Virus record (IMG/VR): IMGVR_UViG_3300009509_000033
Coordinates: 1 to 55,205 of that record
From: a virus
Lineage: Duplodnaviria; Caudoviricetes
Length of the DNA stretch: 55,205 bases
Reading direction: 5' to 3' (one strand)
Below are positions 1 to 8,862 of this stretch, piece after piece. Under the pieces are notes generated by a model. That model saw nothing but the letters and a program-made list of their open reading frames with translations, did no database searches and had not been told where the DNA came from. A program made the position numbers and the translations under genes. The stretch's first letter is position 1; each line of letters opens with the position of its first letter.

Positions 1-182
1 AGGAAGTCCATGATGTAGTCCCATCGGATCGAGTCGCTGACGGCCTCGAAGTTGAGCGAGTTCACCACCTCCTCTTTCTCGAACCAGCCGTGGTCGGATA
101 GGCGCTCTGAGCAGGCGTCGAGCACCGCCGTGTGAACGGGGCACCGCCTCGCCTTCTCCCTCCGAAGGTACCTGGCTCCCAT
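1..182 (-). CDS. hypothetical protein, runs off the left edge (MGARYLRREKARRCPVHTAV...)
   Basis: ATG at 182-180 lies immediately after the ParB-like stop (184-186); the frame stays open to position 1. Confidence 0.6.
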   Translation of the reverse strand, partial: MGARYLRREKARRCPVHTAVLDACSERLSDHGWFEKEEVVNSLNFEAVSDSIRWDYIMDF

Positions 183-183
183 G

Positions 184-1221
184 TCAGCCGGTCCTCCTTT
201 CCTTCGCCTGCTCAACAAGCGAGATCACCTCAGCCTTCTTCGGCGTGAGGCGCTTCTGCCAGTTGGCCGTCCGCTGACCGAGTTGCTCCAACTCGAAGTC
301 GAGACGCCGGAGCACCTCGGCGTCCTCCGCCATGGTGATGTGCGGGAGAGCTTTCACCACCTCGGCCAGCTTCGTGGAGGTGGCATCGGACGAGAGCATC
401 TTCTCGATGCTGTCGGCCAGCGTCTTCCCGAACGTCTCGAACAGGAGCGTCTTCGGCGCCTTGGATGCCGCCGCAGCACGGTAGGTGTTGGCGTCCACCT
501 CCCCTCGAAGATCCTTCTGGGCGACCTCTCCGCGCCGGGCCTTGCGCGCCGTGACCTTCGCCCCTTGAGCGACCTTGCCCTTCACCGCCTCGACCTCTCG
601 CGGAGGACGGTTGCGGGCTCTCCCGGCCTTCTCGATCCGCTTCATGTGCGCGTTGGCCCGCTGGACGATCTCCTTCGCGGCCTTCACGCTGAGGCCCTCC
701 AGGTCGTCCATGTCGAGGTAGCCGCCCTGAAGGAGCGAGTAGGCCGCCGAGCACGCCTCTGCGGTGGCGTTCATGATGCTCTGAGCGGGACGTTTCCCAG
801 CCCTCTCGCGGTCCCAGCCAAGAAGCCGTGCAATTTCGACAGCATCGGGTGTGTGTTCCTTCGCGGAGGAACAAAACTCCACTGCCCCCTGCCAGGTGTT
901 GAGCATGACGAGGAAGTCGGTCGAGTAGTCCTCGCCGTTCTCCCGGCCCATGAGCTTCAACATCTCCTCGTCGGAGAGGTCTCGGATGATGACCGGAACC
1001 CGCTTCAGTCCCAGCCGACGGGCGGCTTCGAGTCGGTGGTGCCCGAACGCCAGCTCGAACCTCTTGCCGACCGCTCGGACGATGACACCCTCCCAGAAGC
1101 CGACATCCTCGATCGAACGCATGAGCATCTCCACTTTGCTCTCGATCCAAGGATAGGTGTCCAACTTACGATGCGGGTTGGGACCAACTTTGCTAATTTC
1201 CACGTTAGACAGTTGCGCCAT
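184..1221 (-). CDS. parB: ParB/Srx N-terminal domain protein
   Basis: PNPHR, SIEDVGFWEGVIVR, FELAFGHHRLEAARRLGLKRVPVII, and EN motifs; GGAGG RBS before the ATG at 1221. Confidence 0.8.
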   Translation of the reverse strand: MAQLSNVEISKVGPNPHRKLDTYPWIESKVEMLMRSIEDVGFWEGVIVRAVGKRFELAFGHHRLEAARRLGLKRVPVIIRDLSDEEMLKLMGRENGEDYSTDFLVMLNTWQGAVEFCSSAKEHTPDAVEIARLLGWDRERAGKRPAQSIMNATAEACSAAYSLLQGGYLDMDDLEGLSVKAAKEIVQRANAHMKRIEKAGRARNRPPREVEAVKGKVAQGAKVTARKARRGEVAQKDLRGEVDANTYRAAAASKAPKTLLFETFGKTLADSIEKMLSSDATSTKLAEVVKALPHITMAEDAEVLRRLDFELEQLGQRTANWQKRLTPKKAEVISLVEQAKERRTG

Positions 1222-1292
1222 GTTTCCTCCAAATGTCATGAATGGAGCCTAACCCATGATCGACAGAAAACTCCACAAAATTCGACAGGTTA

Positions 1293-1321
1293 TTGACTAT
1301 CCCCTCTCTATGTGGTACGAC
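1293..1321 (+). promoter_or_regulatory. sigma70-like promoter, divergent from parB
   Basis: TTGACT-17nt-TACGAC with TG extension; shares TTGACTATCCC with the promoter at 26776. Confidence 0.6.
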
Positions 1322-1327
1322 TAGGAT

Positions 1328-1669
1328 ATGAGAGCACACCGTGGACTGAGCAAGGCGGATACCCTGCGACTGGCCGTGATCGAGCACTATGTCGAGACCG
1401 GCCAACGGCCCGATGGTCTGCACGTGACCGACGAGTGGATCGACGAGTCGATCAAGTTCCTGACCAAGGAGCTACGGCCTACGCTCGATGCTTGGGCCGA
1501 GATCGCTGACAGGGAAGAGAAGAGTTCCCTCGTCGCGCTCGAAGCCAGGAAGGTGCTCCGCATGTGGAAGCGGAAGCGGAGTGGGAAGCCAGTGGACCCC
1601 GAGAAGCTGGACGCTGCCTTCAACGCGCTCGACCTCGCTGTCGAGGCCGCCAAGACCTCCCCACAGTAG
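1328..1669 (+). CDS. small hypothetical protein, possibly DNA-binding (RHH-like helix)
   Basis: 113-aa ORF behind the promoter; GLSKADTLRLAV resembles RHH helices. Confidence 0.6.
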   Translation: MRAHRGLSKADTLRLAVIEHYVETGQRPDGLHVTDEWIDESIKFLTKELRPTLDAWAEIADREEKSSLVALEARKVLRMWKRKRSGKPVDPEKLDAAFNALDLAVEAAKTSPQ

Positions 1670-1788
1670 AAAGATCGGTGCTGTCATGGTAAGGTCTGCG
1701 ACCGTGGATAACGCCTTGCACACCGTTTCCTCACCTCACATCGCATAGACGCTGACCCGGTGTGCCGGGCTCAGGAAGGAGGTAGCCG

Positions 1789-2856
1789 ATGGCTACGTGG
1801 AGTGGCATGTCGAGCAAACTCAGGGGGGCGGCAGTGATCGGAGCAATCCTGGTCACTGTTGCGGCCGGGGCGTCCGTGACCCCTTTCCTCGTCTCTTGCG
1901 AGGACACTGCGGAGGCTGGACAGAGCCCGGATGCTCGACGCGAGGCCGCCAAAGAGCGGAGGATGCGGGAGGCGGCCGAGTTCCGGGAGAGATGGGAGCA
2001 GCGAGAGCGCGAGAGCGAGGCCCGGTGGAAGCGGCTCGAAGAGGAGTCGGACCGGCAGAGAGCGGCTCTGGAGGAGGAGCTTGCCGCAACGCCCCAAAAG
2101 CATGTCCGCCGTGTTCGTCGGTTCCTGTGGGAGAGCCCTGCCGAGACGCGGGGGAAGATCTGGAATGTGCCCGTCGAGGAGAGCCACGACGCCCTTCTGA
2201 CGGCCTTGCTCCGAGTGTGCATCGCCGAGGCGGACGGGGACCCACAGGACTGCGCGGGCATCTGGCAGGTGGTCAAGAACAACCGCCGCCGGTCATGCGA
2301 CCGAGGGATGATCAGGCGCATCACGGAATGCGTGGAGGGCGAAGGCGAGACCTACATGTCAGCCCTCCGGAGACACCAGCGCCACGTGCTCGGGATGATC
2401 AAGGCCCGGAACAAGCGGGCGGTCTGGATCAGCAAACTCACCCCCGACTGTGAGATGCCAGAGGGCTACCCCGAGTCGGAGAACCACTGGGACTCCCACT
2501 ACGGCTCGAAGGTCTGTCCGCAAGCGGTGGCCGACGTGCGTCAGCTCATCGCCGGGAAGTTGCCGGAGTCGAGGCCAGGGCACCGCGTCCGATGGCTGCC
2601 AGGTCGCCCCGTCACCTGGGGAGGCCGCTGTGAGGCCAACGGAGGAGCCTGTGACGACCGTATCGCCTGCGCCCGAGGGCTCGCACGCATCCCGGGCACG
2701 GACACCCTGAACGCCTTCTGGTGCCGTCCTGGCGCGGCAGGCTGCCCGGATGACATCGACCCGATCTGCATTCAGATGGGGTACCCGAGCCGCCGAGTGA
2801 CAGAAACGGTCACTGCCGCAGAGCCCGAAGGATCTCCCTCCGACGAAAACTCTTGA
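1789..2856 (+). CDS. putative lipoprotein/membrane-anchored SleB (Hydrolase_2)-like cell-wall hydrolase, Cys-rich
   Basis: AGGAGG RBS; hydrophobic N-terminus ending in LVSC; coiled coil; LLRVCIAEADG..AGIWQVVKNNR resembles the SleB catalytic-Glu motif. Confidence 0.5.
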   Translation: MATWSGMSSKLRGAAVIGAILVTVAAGASVTPFLVSCEDTAEAGQSPDARREAAKERRMREAAEFRERWEQRERESEARWKRLEEESDRQRAALEEELAATPQKHVRRVRRFLWESPAETRGKIWNVPVEESHDALLTALLRVCIAEADGDPQDCAGIWQVVKNNRRRSCDRGMIRRITECVEGEGETYMSALRRHQRHVLGMIKARNKRAVWISKLTPDCEMPEGYPESENHWDSHYGSKVCPQAVADVRQLIAGKLPESRPGHRVRWLPGRPVTWGGRCEANGGACDDRIACARGLARIPGTDTLNAFWCRPGAAGCPDDIDPICIQMGYPSRRVTETVTAAEPEGSPSDENS

Positions 2857-2890
2857 CCTCGCGCTTTCTGGCGGGCAGTATCGTCAGGCT

Positions 2891-3102
2891 TTGGTTCGGT
2901 GGTGCCCACTGCTGGACCGAGGATTTGGTCATGACGAGACAATTTCTATATGCTACAGTTTGTTTCTGCGCGAGCCCACTCGGAGTACGGGTTCGAGGAT
3001 TGGCGTAGGCGCTCAGTCGCCACGCCCAACAGGCGCACCTAGCGCCACGTCATGACCGTCCTCGTTCTCGTTGGGCCTCCGAGTGGGCTCGCGTTTCCTT
3101 TT
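2891..3102 (+). ncRNA. structured leader / C4-like antisense RNA element upstream of the replication initiator
   Basis: perfect 17-bp inverted repeat 2969-2985/3077-3093 followed by a T tract; the bulge 3048-3057 is complementary to upstream 2927-2936. Confidence 0.55.
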
Positions 3103-3134
3103 GAGCGCGGGCCACGTGAGAGGAAGGTGGTTCC

Positions 3135-4517
3135 GTGCGCGTGGGTCCTGAGCAATTCATCTACCGTGACTTCGCTTTCATCGACGCGATGATCCTGCCC
3201 GTGGTCGGGCCGAAGACGATCGCCATCTACGACGTCCTCCGTCGCTACATCTGGAGGGCTGCCGACCGAGGTGCGAAGAAGTCGCGGGACGCCTTCAAGA
3301 AGGGAAAGCTCTCAGCCTCCATCACCCGGAGCAAGTTGGCCGAGCTGTCCGGCGTCTCGGTCCGCACCGTCCAGCGACACCTCAACCGCCTCAAAGACAT
3401 CCGATGGGTGGAGTGGGAGTGCGGGAACGGGACCGGGGAAACGGTCGTCTACGAGCTGGGCTTCCGCACCCCGGACGGCGTGGAGGTGTTCTACGCCGAC
3501 GCCAGCGCTCGGAGGCTCTGGCTCGGGCTCGAAGAGTTGGCCGTGGAGCAGGGGGCCGAGCGCGTGAACGACCTTCCCTGCGACGTCCGTCTCGCTTTCG
3601 CCCGAGGATGGTTCGACCCGGAGGGGGGTGGTGACAAAAATGTCACCAGGGTGGTGTCACCAGTGTCACCAGGGGTGGTGACAGAAATGGCACCTAGTAA
3701 TAGAGAACCCTTCGGGGAGGGAATAGAGAAGTCCGAGGAATATGCTGGGCGCTCCGCGCCAGCACACACCCCCGGCCCGAAACACTGGGATGCTCCCGCC
3801 GGTCGAGAACGAAGAAGTCCTTCCAAAGACAAAGAACGAGACTCAGAAGGCGCGGAGATTGCTCTTGACATTGCTCTTGACTCCGGCGAGGATGAGGATA
3901 GGTTCGCGCGGGCTGCGGCGGCCGGTGCCGAGGGGAAGGCCAAGGCCGACCACCAGACCGAGGCCAACATCCGGAGAGCGACGCGACGCCTGAAGGAGAA
4001 GAGGACGGAGCAGGTGGAGCGAGTCCAACAGGACGAGCAGAGGGCCAAGAACCTGAAGGGGGGCACACGCTACACGCACGCGATACTTCGAGCAGCACGC
4101 GACGCCTGGGATGTCTACGTCGAGCTGATCAAGGGCGCTCACCCGGCGATGCCCGTCGTGAGGTGGAACGCCGAGGGCAACGCGAAGGCGCGCGGACAGA
4201 TGTGCCGTCTCGTCGACATGTACGGTGGCGAAGCGACGAAGCAAGCGATACGTTATATGGTAGGGAACTGGGACGCGATCAACGCCCGATTCTTCAAGAA
4301 GGGGCCAGGCAGCGTTCCAAACTTCGGGCTGCTCACGTCCATGCACGAGTCCTTGTTCCGGGAGTCGGCGTTGTGGAGAGAGCACCGAGAGGTCATGGAG
4401 GAGTGGGAGGCGTGGCAGAGCGAGCACGCGGACGACGACGAGACCCCTCCTTCAGAGTTGCAGGGGCGCTATGAGAACGCACGCACAGCGCTGGAGTCTC
4501 TTGGGCTCGGGGTCTGA
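3135..4517 (+). CDS. HTH replication initiator (lambda O-like organisation)
   Basis: wHTH TRSKLAELSGVSVRTVQRHLNRL; internal iterons; followed by DnaC-like and DnaB genes. Confidence 0.75.
   Translation: MRVGPEQFIYRDFAFIDAMILPVVGPKTIAIYDVLRRYIWRAADRGAKKSRDAFKKGKLSASITRSKLAELSGVSVRTVQRHLNRLKDIRWVEWECGNGTGETVVYELGFRTPDGVEVFYADASARRLWLGLEELAVEQGAERVNDLPCDVRLAFARGWFDPEGGGDKNVTRVVSPVSPGVVTEMAPSNREPFGEGIEKSEEYAGRSAPAHTPGPKHWDAPAGRERRSPSKDKERDSEGAEIALDIALDSGEDEDRFARAAAAGAEGKAKADHQTEANIRRATRRLKEKRTEQVERVQQDEQRAKNLKGGTRYTHAILRAARDAWDVYVELIKGAHPAMPVVRWNAEGNAKARGQMCRLVDMYGGEATKQAIRYMVGNWDAINARFFKKGPGSVPNFGLLTSMHESLFRESALWREHREVMEEWEAWQSEHADDDETPPSELQGRYENARTALESLGLGV
3630..3694. repeat. three 18-bp palindromic iterons, putative replication origin
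   Basis: GGTGACAAAAATGTCACC (3630), GGTGTCACCAGTGTCACC (3653), GGTGACAGAAATGGCACC (3677), followed by AT-richer TAGTAATAGAGAA. Confidence 0.75.
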
Positions 4518-4535
4518 CGATGCCCGGAGGCAAGC

Positions 4536-5144
4536 ATGACCAGCCCCGCGCCATTCAGACGCAAGCTCGGTCGTGTGGACTTGGAGCGGATGAACATCCC
4601 GGAAGACCTCTGGCTCGCCAAGATTCAGAGCGTCAGCGAGGACGTGCGCGAGAAGGTCGAGACCTACCTCCGGAACGTGAACGTGGCGGTGGCCAACGGA
4701 GCCGGGCTCGTCATCCACGGCTCGAAAGGTGTTGGCAAGACGGCCATCGCTGCCCTGATCGCGAAGGAGGCCAGGTCGAGAGGCCATACGGCGCTGTTCT
4801 GCCGCATCTGGGAGCTACGAGAGATGATCCGATCTCGCGTCCAGTTCGACGCCGACTCGTCGGTGGCGGAGCGGGCTCGGAGCGTGGATGTGCTTGTGCT
4901 GGACGACCTTCGAGCGGAGGATGCCGGAGAGAAGTTTTTCACCTTGTCAGAGATCAACGAGCTGGTCCGGTATCGGGCGTCACGACGTTGCGTCACGATC
5001 ATCACGACCAGGCTCGACAAGGGGGCGCTCACAGTGCCTCCGATGAACGTCCTGTTGGACGTCTTGCTCCTGTTCAAGGTGTCGGGTCCCGACCTGCACG
5101 ACGAGAAGAAGCGGGCACTGAAGGAAGCGGTCCTGGGGACCTGA
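4536..5144 (+). CDS. DnaC/IstB-like AAA+ helicase loader
   Basis: Walker A GSKGVGKT, Walker B LVLDDL, TIITT; lies between the initiator and DnaB. Confidence 0.85.
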   Translation: MTSPAPFRRKLGRVDLERMNIPEDLWLAKIQSVSEDVREKVETYLRNVNVAVANGAGLVIHGSKGVGKTAIAALIAKEARSRGHTALFCRIWELREMIRSRVQFDADSSVAERARSVDVLVLDDLRAEDAGEKFFTLSEINELVRYRASRRCVTIITTRLDKGALTVPPMNVLLDVLLLFKVSGPDLHDEKKRALKEAVLGT

Positions 5145-5165
5145 TAGCGTAGGCGGGGGTAGGGC

Positions 5166-6551
5166 GTGGACCTCGACACCATCTTTGTCGCCAGTGTGCT
5201 GAAAGGCGGCCGTGAGGCCGTTCGGTTCGCCATCGAGCGCGGGGTCGATGAGGACTGCCTTGGCGGCAAGGGGCTCACGGCGTGGAAGTTCGTTCTCGAC
5301 TACCTGAAGCAGTACCACGACGTCCCTGACCCTGGCGTGGTCGAGGGGAAGACCAACGTCAAACTCCCGGACCCGGACAAGCAGCACCCGCCCGCGTTCT
5401 GGGTGGACGAGGTGCTCAACCGCCGACTCCACAACGCCATCGGCGACAAGTTGCTCGCCATCACGGCGCACTTCAAGGCACGCGACCCGCAGGCGGCCTT
5501 TCAGGAGTACGCGGACGGGCTCCATGACCTTCGGAAGCTGGGAGCTGGCGTAGCCAAGACGGTCAGCCTCTTCTCTCTCGGCCCGGAGTTCCTGGACTAC
5601 TACGACAAGATCAAGGCCGGCTATCGAGGCATCCTGACACCATGGCCGACGATCAACGAAGCGACTCTCGGCTTCTGGCCGGAGGACTTCGTGCTCTACG
5701 TCGCGCGCCTGGGAGTGGGCAAGACGTGGGCGCTTGCCATCCTCGCGAACCACGTGTGGACGGTCCAGAAGAAGCGCGTGCTGTTCGTCACGACGGAGAT
5801 GTCGCAGCTAGCGATCGTCCGTCGGTGGATCGCCATCCACTACAAGTACCCCTACAACGATCTTCGGAAGGGGATGCTGAGCGCGTTCGCCGAGCAGCGG
5901 ATGAGGGACGACCTCTCGGAGAAGGCGAAGGAGGAAGGGCTCTACCTCATCGGAGGAGATTTCGACTTCCGGATCGAGTCCATCGAAGGGGCCATCGAGG
6001 AGAGCGAGCCGGACGTCGTGTTCGTGGATGGGGCGTACCTGCTCAAGGTGAAAGGCGAGGGCCGGATCGAGAAGGCGGCCAACTCGTTCGACGAGTTGAA
6101 GCGGGTGGCCAAGCGCAACCACCTTCCTCTCGTAGCCTCGACCCAGTTCAACCGTGAGGTGAAGGGGAACAAACTCTCGACAGCCGGCCCGGAGAAGATC
6201 GCCCTGTCGGACGCCGCCGGGTGGAACGCGGACCTCATCTTCGGTCTCGTGCGGACCGACGACATGAAGCGCGACAAGCGCATGATCCAGCTACCCTTGA
6301 AGTTCCGAGAGGGGGAGGGGGACGAGATCGAGACGCACTGGGACTTCGATACCATGAATTTCGATGAGCTACCCAAGGGCGCTGCGGCGGCTACAGCGGG
6401 CGCTGGAGGCGCTGGAGGCGCTGGAGGGGGTCAGGGCGGTGGAGCTGGCTCTGGGGCCTCTGGAGGCGGCACAGCCCCCGACCCAGACCCCTACGGGACC
6501 GGGCTCCTGTTCGGCGATGACGACGACACGAAGGACCAGGTGCCATTCTGA
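5166..6551 (+). CDS. dnaB: DnaB-like replicative helicase with Gly-rich linker and acidic C-terminal tail
   Basis: ARLGVGKT, FVTTEM, VFVDGAYL and STQFNR motifs. Confidence 0.9.
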   Translation: MDLDTIFVASVLKGGREAVRFAIERGVDEDCLGGKGLTAWKFVLDYLKQYHDVPDPGVVEGKTNVKLPDPDKQHPPAFWVDEVLNRRLHNAIGDKLLAITAHFKARDPQAAFQEYADGLHDLRKLGAGVAKTVSLFSLGPEFLDYYDKIKAGYRGILTPWPTINEATLGFWPEDFVLYVARLGVGKTWALAILANHVWTVQKKRVLFVTTEMSQLAIVRRWIAIHYKYPYNDLRKGMLSAFAEQRMRDDLSEKAKEEGLYLIGGDFDFRIESIEGAIEESEPDVVFVDGAYLLKVKGEGRIEKAANSFDELKRVAKRNHLPLVASTQFNREVKGNKLSTAGPEKIALSDAAGWNADLIFGLVRTDDMKRDKRMIQLPLKFREGEGDEIETHWDFDTMNFDELPKGAAAATAGAGGAGGAGGGQGGGAGSGASGGGTAPDPDPYGTGLLFGDDDDTKDQVPF

Positions 6552-7012
6552 TGCCGGCGAAGCAGATGCCAGTCCTGGTCAAGCACTGCGCGCTCGCGAT
6601 CTATAAGAGCGGGTACTGCTCTGGGACCGAGGTCGAGAAGGTCCAACAGGCCCTCGACATCGCGGTGAGCCGGCTCGTTCAGTACGGGTTCCTGTGGAAG
6701 AACGCTGGGAAGGTCTCTCCGGAGAAGATCAAACTCCGGGCCAAGGGTCAGAAGGCCGAGTCTAGGCACCGTCGGGAGAAGGACGGGAGCGTGAAGACGA
6801 AGGAGTGGAACGCGCTCTACAAGCTGATCCAAGAGGAGGCCGAAGAGGACGAGGGTGCTGGGGCGACGTCCGAGGACGCCGAGCCCGAGACGATGGAGCC
6901 AGTGGAGAACAAGCCACTGCAACGACGGAGACGGCTCGCGAAGACAGCCCGCGCCTCAGCGCGTCGGAAGCCGAAGCGCGTGAAGAGGGCCAAGCGAGCG
7001 AAGCGACGGTGA
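6551..7012 (+). CDS. hypothetical protein with basic C-terminus
   Basis: TGATG coupling to dnaB; Arg/Lys-rich tail. Confidence 0.7.
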   Translation: MPAKQMPVLVKHCALAIYKSGYCSGTEVEKVQQALDIAVSRLVQYGFLWKNAGKVSPEKIKLRAKGQKAESRHRREKDGSVKTKEWNALYKLIQEEAEEDEGAGATSEDAEPETMEPVENKPLQRRRRLAKTARASARRKPKRVKRAKRAKRR

Positions 7013-7016
7013 GACG

Positions 7017-8108
7017 ATGGACGTTGGCGAGATACGACAGTTCCTCCACGCGCTAGGGTGCCAGAAGATTTCAGTAGGATCGAAGTGGGTGCGATCGACG
7101 TGCCCGATGGGGCACCTTCACGCGGGCGGGAAAGACAGGCAGCCCTCATTCGCCATCTGTATCGACCCCGGTGATGAGAGCAACTGCCGGTGCCAGGCGT
7201 GTGGCATCTACGGAGGGCTTCTTCAACTCGTGTGGCGCATCTCGGCAGACGGACGACGCCCACGCCCCGACCTGTTCGACTACCTCGTCGAGCACAATCA
7301 GATCAACGTGGAGAAGTTCAACCTGGACGAGCCGGAGCCGGCAGAGGACGACATCGAGGGACAGATACGGGCCGCGAGGAAGTACATCCCGGTTCCGAAG
7401 CGGGAGAGCAAGTTCGTCCACCCGGACGATGAGCCACAGGCCGAGGTGCCGGAGGATGTCCTACGGCAGATGATCTCCGACATGCCGGACTACGTGCGCG
7501 AGTACCTCACGCGGCGCTCGGACCCGCTCATGGGGGTCGACGGTCGCGGGCTCGAACCGCTCACGGTCACGGAGTGGGAACTCGGCTGGCACAAGGTCCA
7601 GCGGCGCGTCTGCATTCCCATCCGGGACGAGGACGGCAAACTCGTGGCGATCAGCGGCAGGGCCTTCGATGACAACGCCCGGCCGAAGTACCTGCACAGC
7701 CGGTTCAAGCGGGACCGAGTGCTGTTCGGCGAGCATCGCCACGACGCCAGCATCCGATCCGGGTTCCTCTTCGAGGGGTTCTTTCAGACGATCTACTCAT
7801 GGCAGTACGGCTACGCCAACGTCCTCGCGCGCATGGGTACGCATCTGAGCCGCCAGCAAGCCACGAAGCTAGTCCTCTGGTTCGATCATCTCACCATCGT
7901 TCCGGACGGAGACAAGGCCGGAAGGGAAGCGGCAGAGCGCGATAGGAGGACGCTCTCGGACCTCTCCTACGACTTCAAGACCGGGGAGGCTGGGACTGTC
8001 TCTCGCATCGAGCAGATCGACATCGCCGACATGCCCAACAAGATGGACGCGGACACGCTGAAACCCGATGTATTACGGGCTGTTCTCGGCCCGCAAAATA
8101 CCGCTTGA
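7017..8108 (+). CDS. dnaG: DnaG-like primase (Zn finger + TOPRIM)
   Basis: CPMGH...CQAC Zn finger, IPIRD, SGR, PKYL, FEGFF, PDGDKAG. Confidence 0.85.
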   Translation: MDVGEIRQFLHALGCQKISVGSKWVRSTCPMGHLHAGGKDRQPSFAICIDPGDESNCRCQACGIYGGLLQLVWRISADGRRPRPDLFDYLVEHNQINVEKFNLDEPEPAEDDIEGQIRAARKYIPVPKRESKFVHPDDEPQAEVPEDVLRQMISDMPDYVREYLTRRSDPLMGVDGRGLEPLTVTEWELGWHKVQRRVCIPIRDEDGKLVAISGRAFDDNARPKYLHSRFKRDRVLFGEHRHDASIRSGFLFEGFFQTIYSWQYGYANVLARMGTHLSRQQATKLVLWFDHLTIVPDGDKAGREAAERDRRTLSDLSYDFKTGEAGTVSRIEQIDIADMPNKMDADTLKPDVLRAVLGPQNTA

Positions 8109-8133
8109 CAATCCGGGCGGTACTAGGTAGTTT
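8105..8133 (+). promoter_or_regulatory. sigma70-like promoter
   Basis: TTGACA-17nt-TAGTTT. Confidence 0.7.
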
Positions 8134-8181
8134 GCAAGATGCCGTGTAGGCAATGATCGGCCTTGGGCCGGGAGGTGACAG

Positions 8182-8814
8182 ATGACCGTTCGGACGAATG
8201 CGGTCCAGACCTGCGACCGCTGCATGAAGCCTTTCAGCGAGAAGCACCTGAAGTCGGGCGACGCCGTGCCGGTCTTCAAGCAACGCGGGCTCGTCGTCAC
8301 GACCGGGACGAGCACGGGGGACGAGCCGAAGTTCACCGTCCTCTTCTCGTTCGACGACATGTGCCCCGACTGCCAGAAGGCGGTGGACAACCTGCTCGCC
8401 AAGGTGCGTCTCGACGCCAAGCCGGCGGCCGGGAAGAAGGGTCCCGCGAAGAAGCGCGGCTCCAAGAAGAAGAAGGAGGAGGAGAAGAAGCCTCCGACCG
8501 AGGAGTACACCGAAGGGGCTGCCGCCGAGGGCGCGGAGCCAGCCCCCGAGGACAAGGACGCTCCCCCGCCCAAGGAGGAGACCGAGCCCGCCGAGACACC
8601 TCCAGCCGAGGCCAAGAGTGAGGAGCCTACCCCGGAGCCCCCGGCAGAGGAGCCGGCGGAAAGCTCCGGAGGGAACGGCGCGGAAGCGGCTTCCGAGCCG
8701 GACACGTCCAACCTGATCGAGGACCCCTCGACGGGCGACAAGTACGACCCCGAGACCGGCGAGGTCGTGGTTCGAGGAAACAAGGACGGGGCGCCCGAAA
8801 AGCACCCCTTCTGA
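8182..8814 (+). CDS. Zn-binding hypothetical protein with Lys-rich and Glu/Pro-rich low-complexity regions
   Basis: GGAGG RBS; CDRC/CPDC; ends DPETGEVV...KHPF. Confidence 0.75.
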   Translation: MTVRTNAVQTCDRCMKPFSEKHLKSGDAVPVFKQRGLVVTTGTSTGDEPKFTVLFSFDDMCPDCQKAVDNLLAKVRLDAKPAAGKKGPAKKRGSKKKKEEEKKPPTEEYTEGAAAEGAEPAPEDKDAPPPKEETEPAETPPAEAKSEEPTPEPPAEEPAESSGGNGAEAASEPDTSNLIEDPSTGDKYDPETGEVVVRGNKDGAPEKHPF

Positions 8815-8862
8815 TAGGCCGGGTGGCCAAGTCAACGATCGTGTGATCGGGAGGATGAAGCG

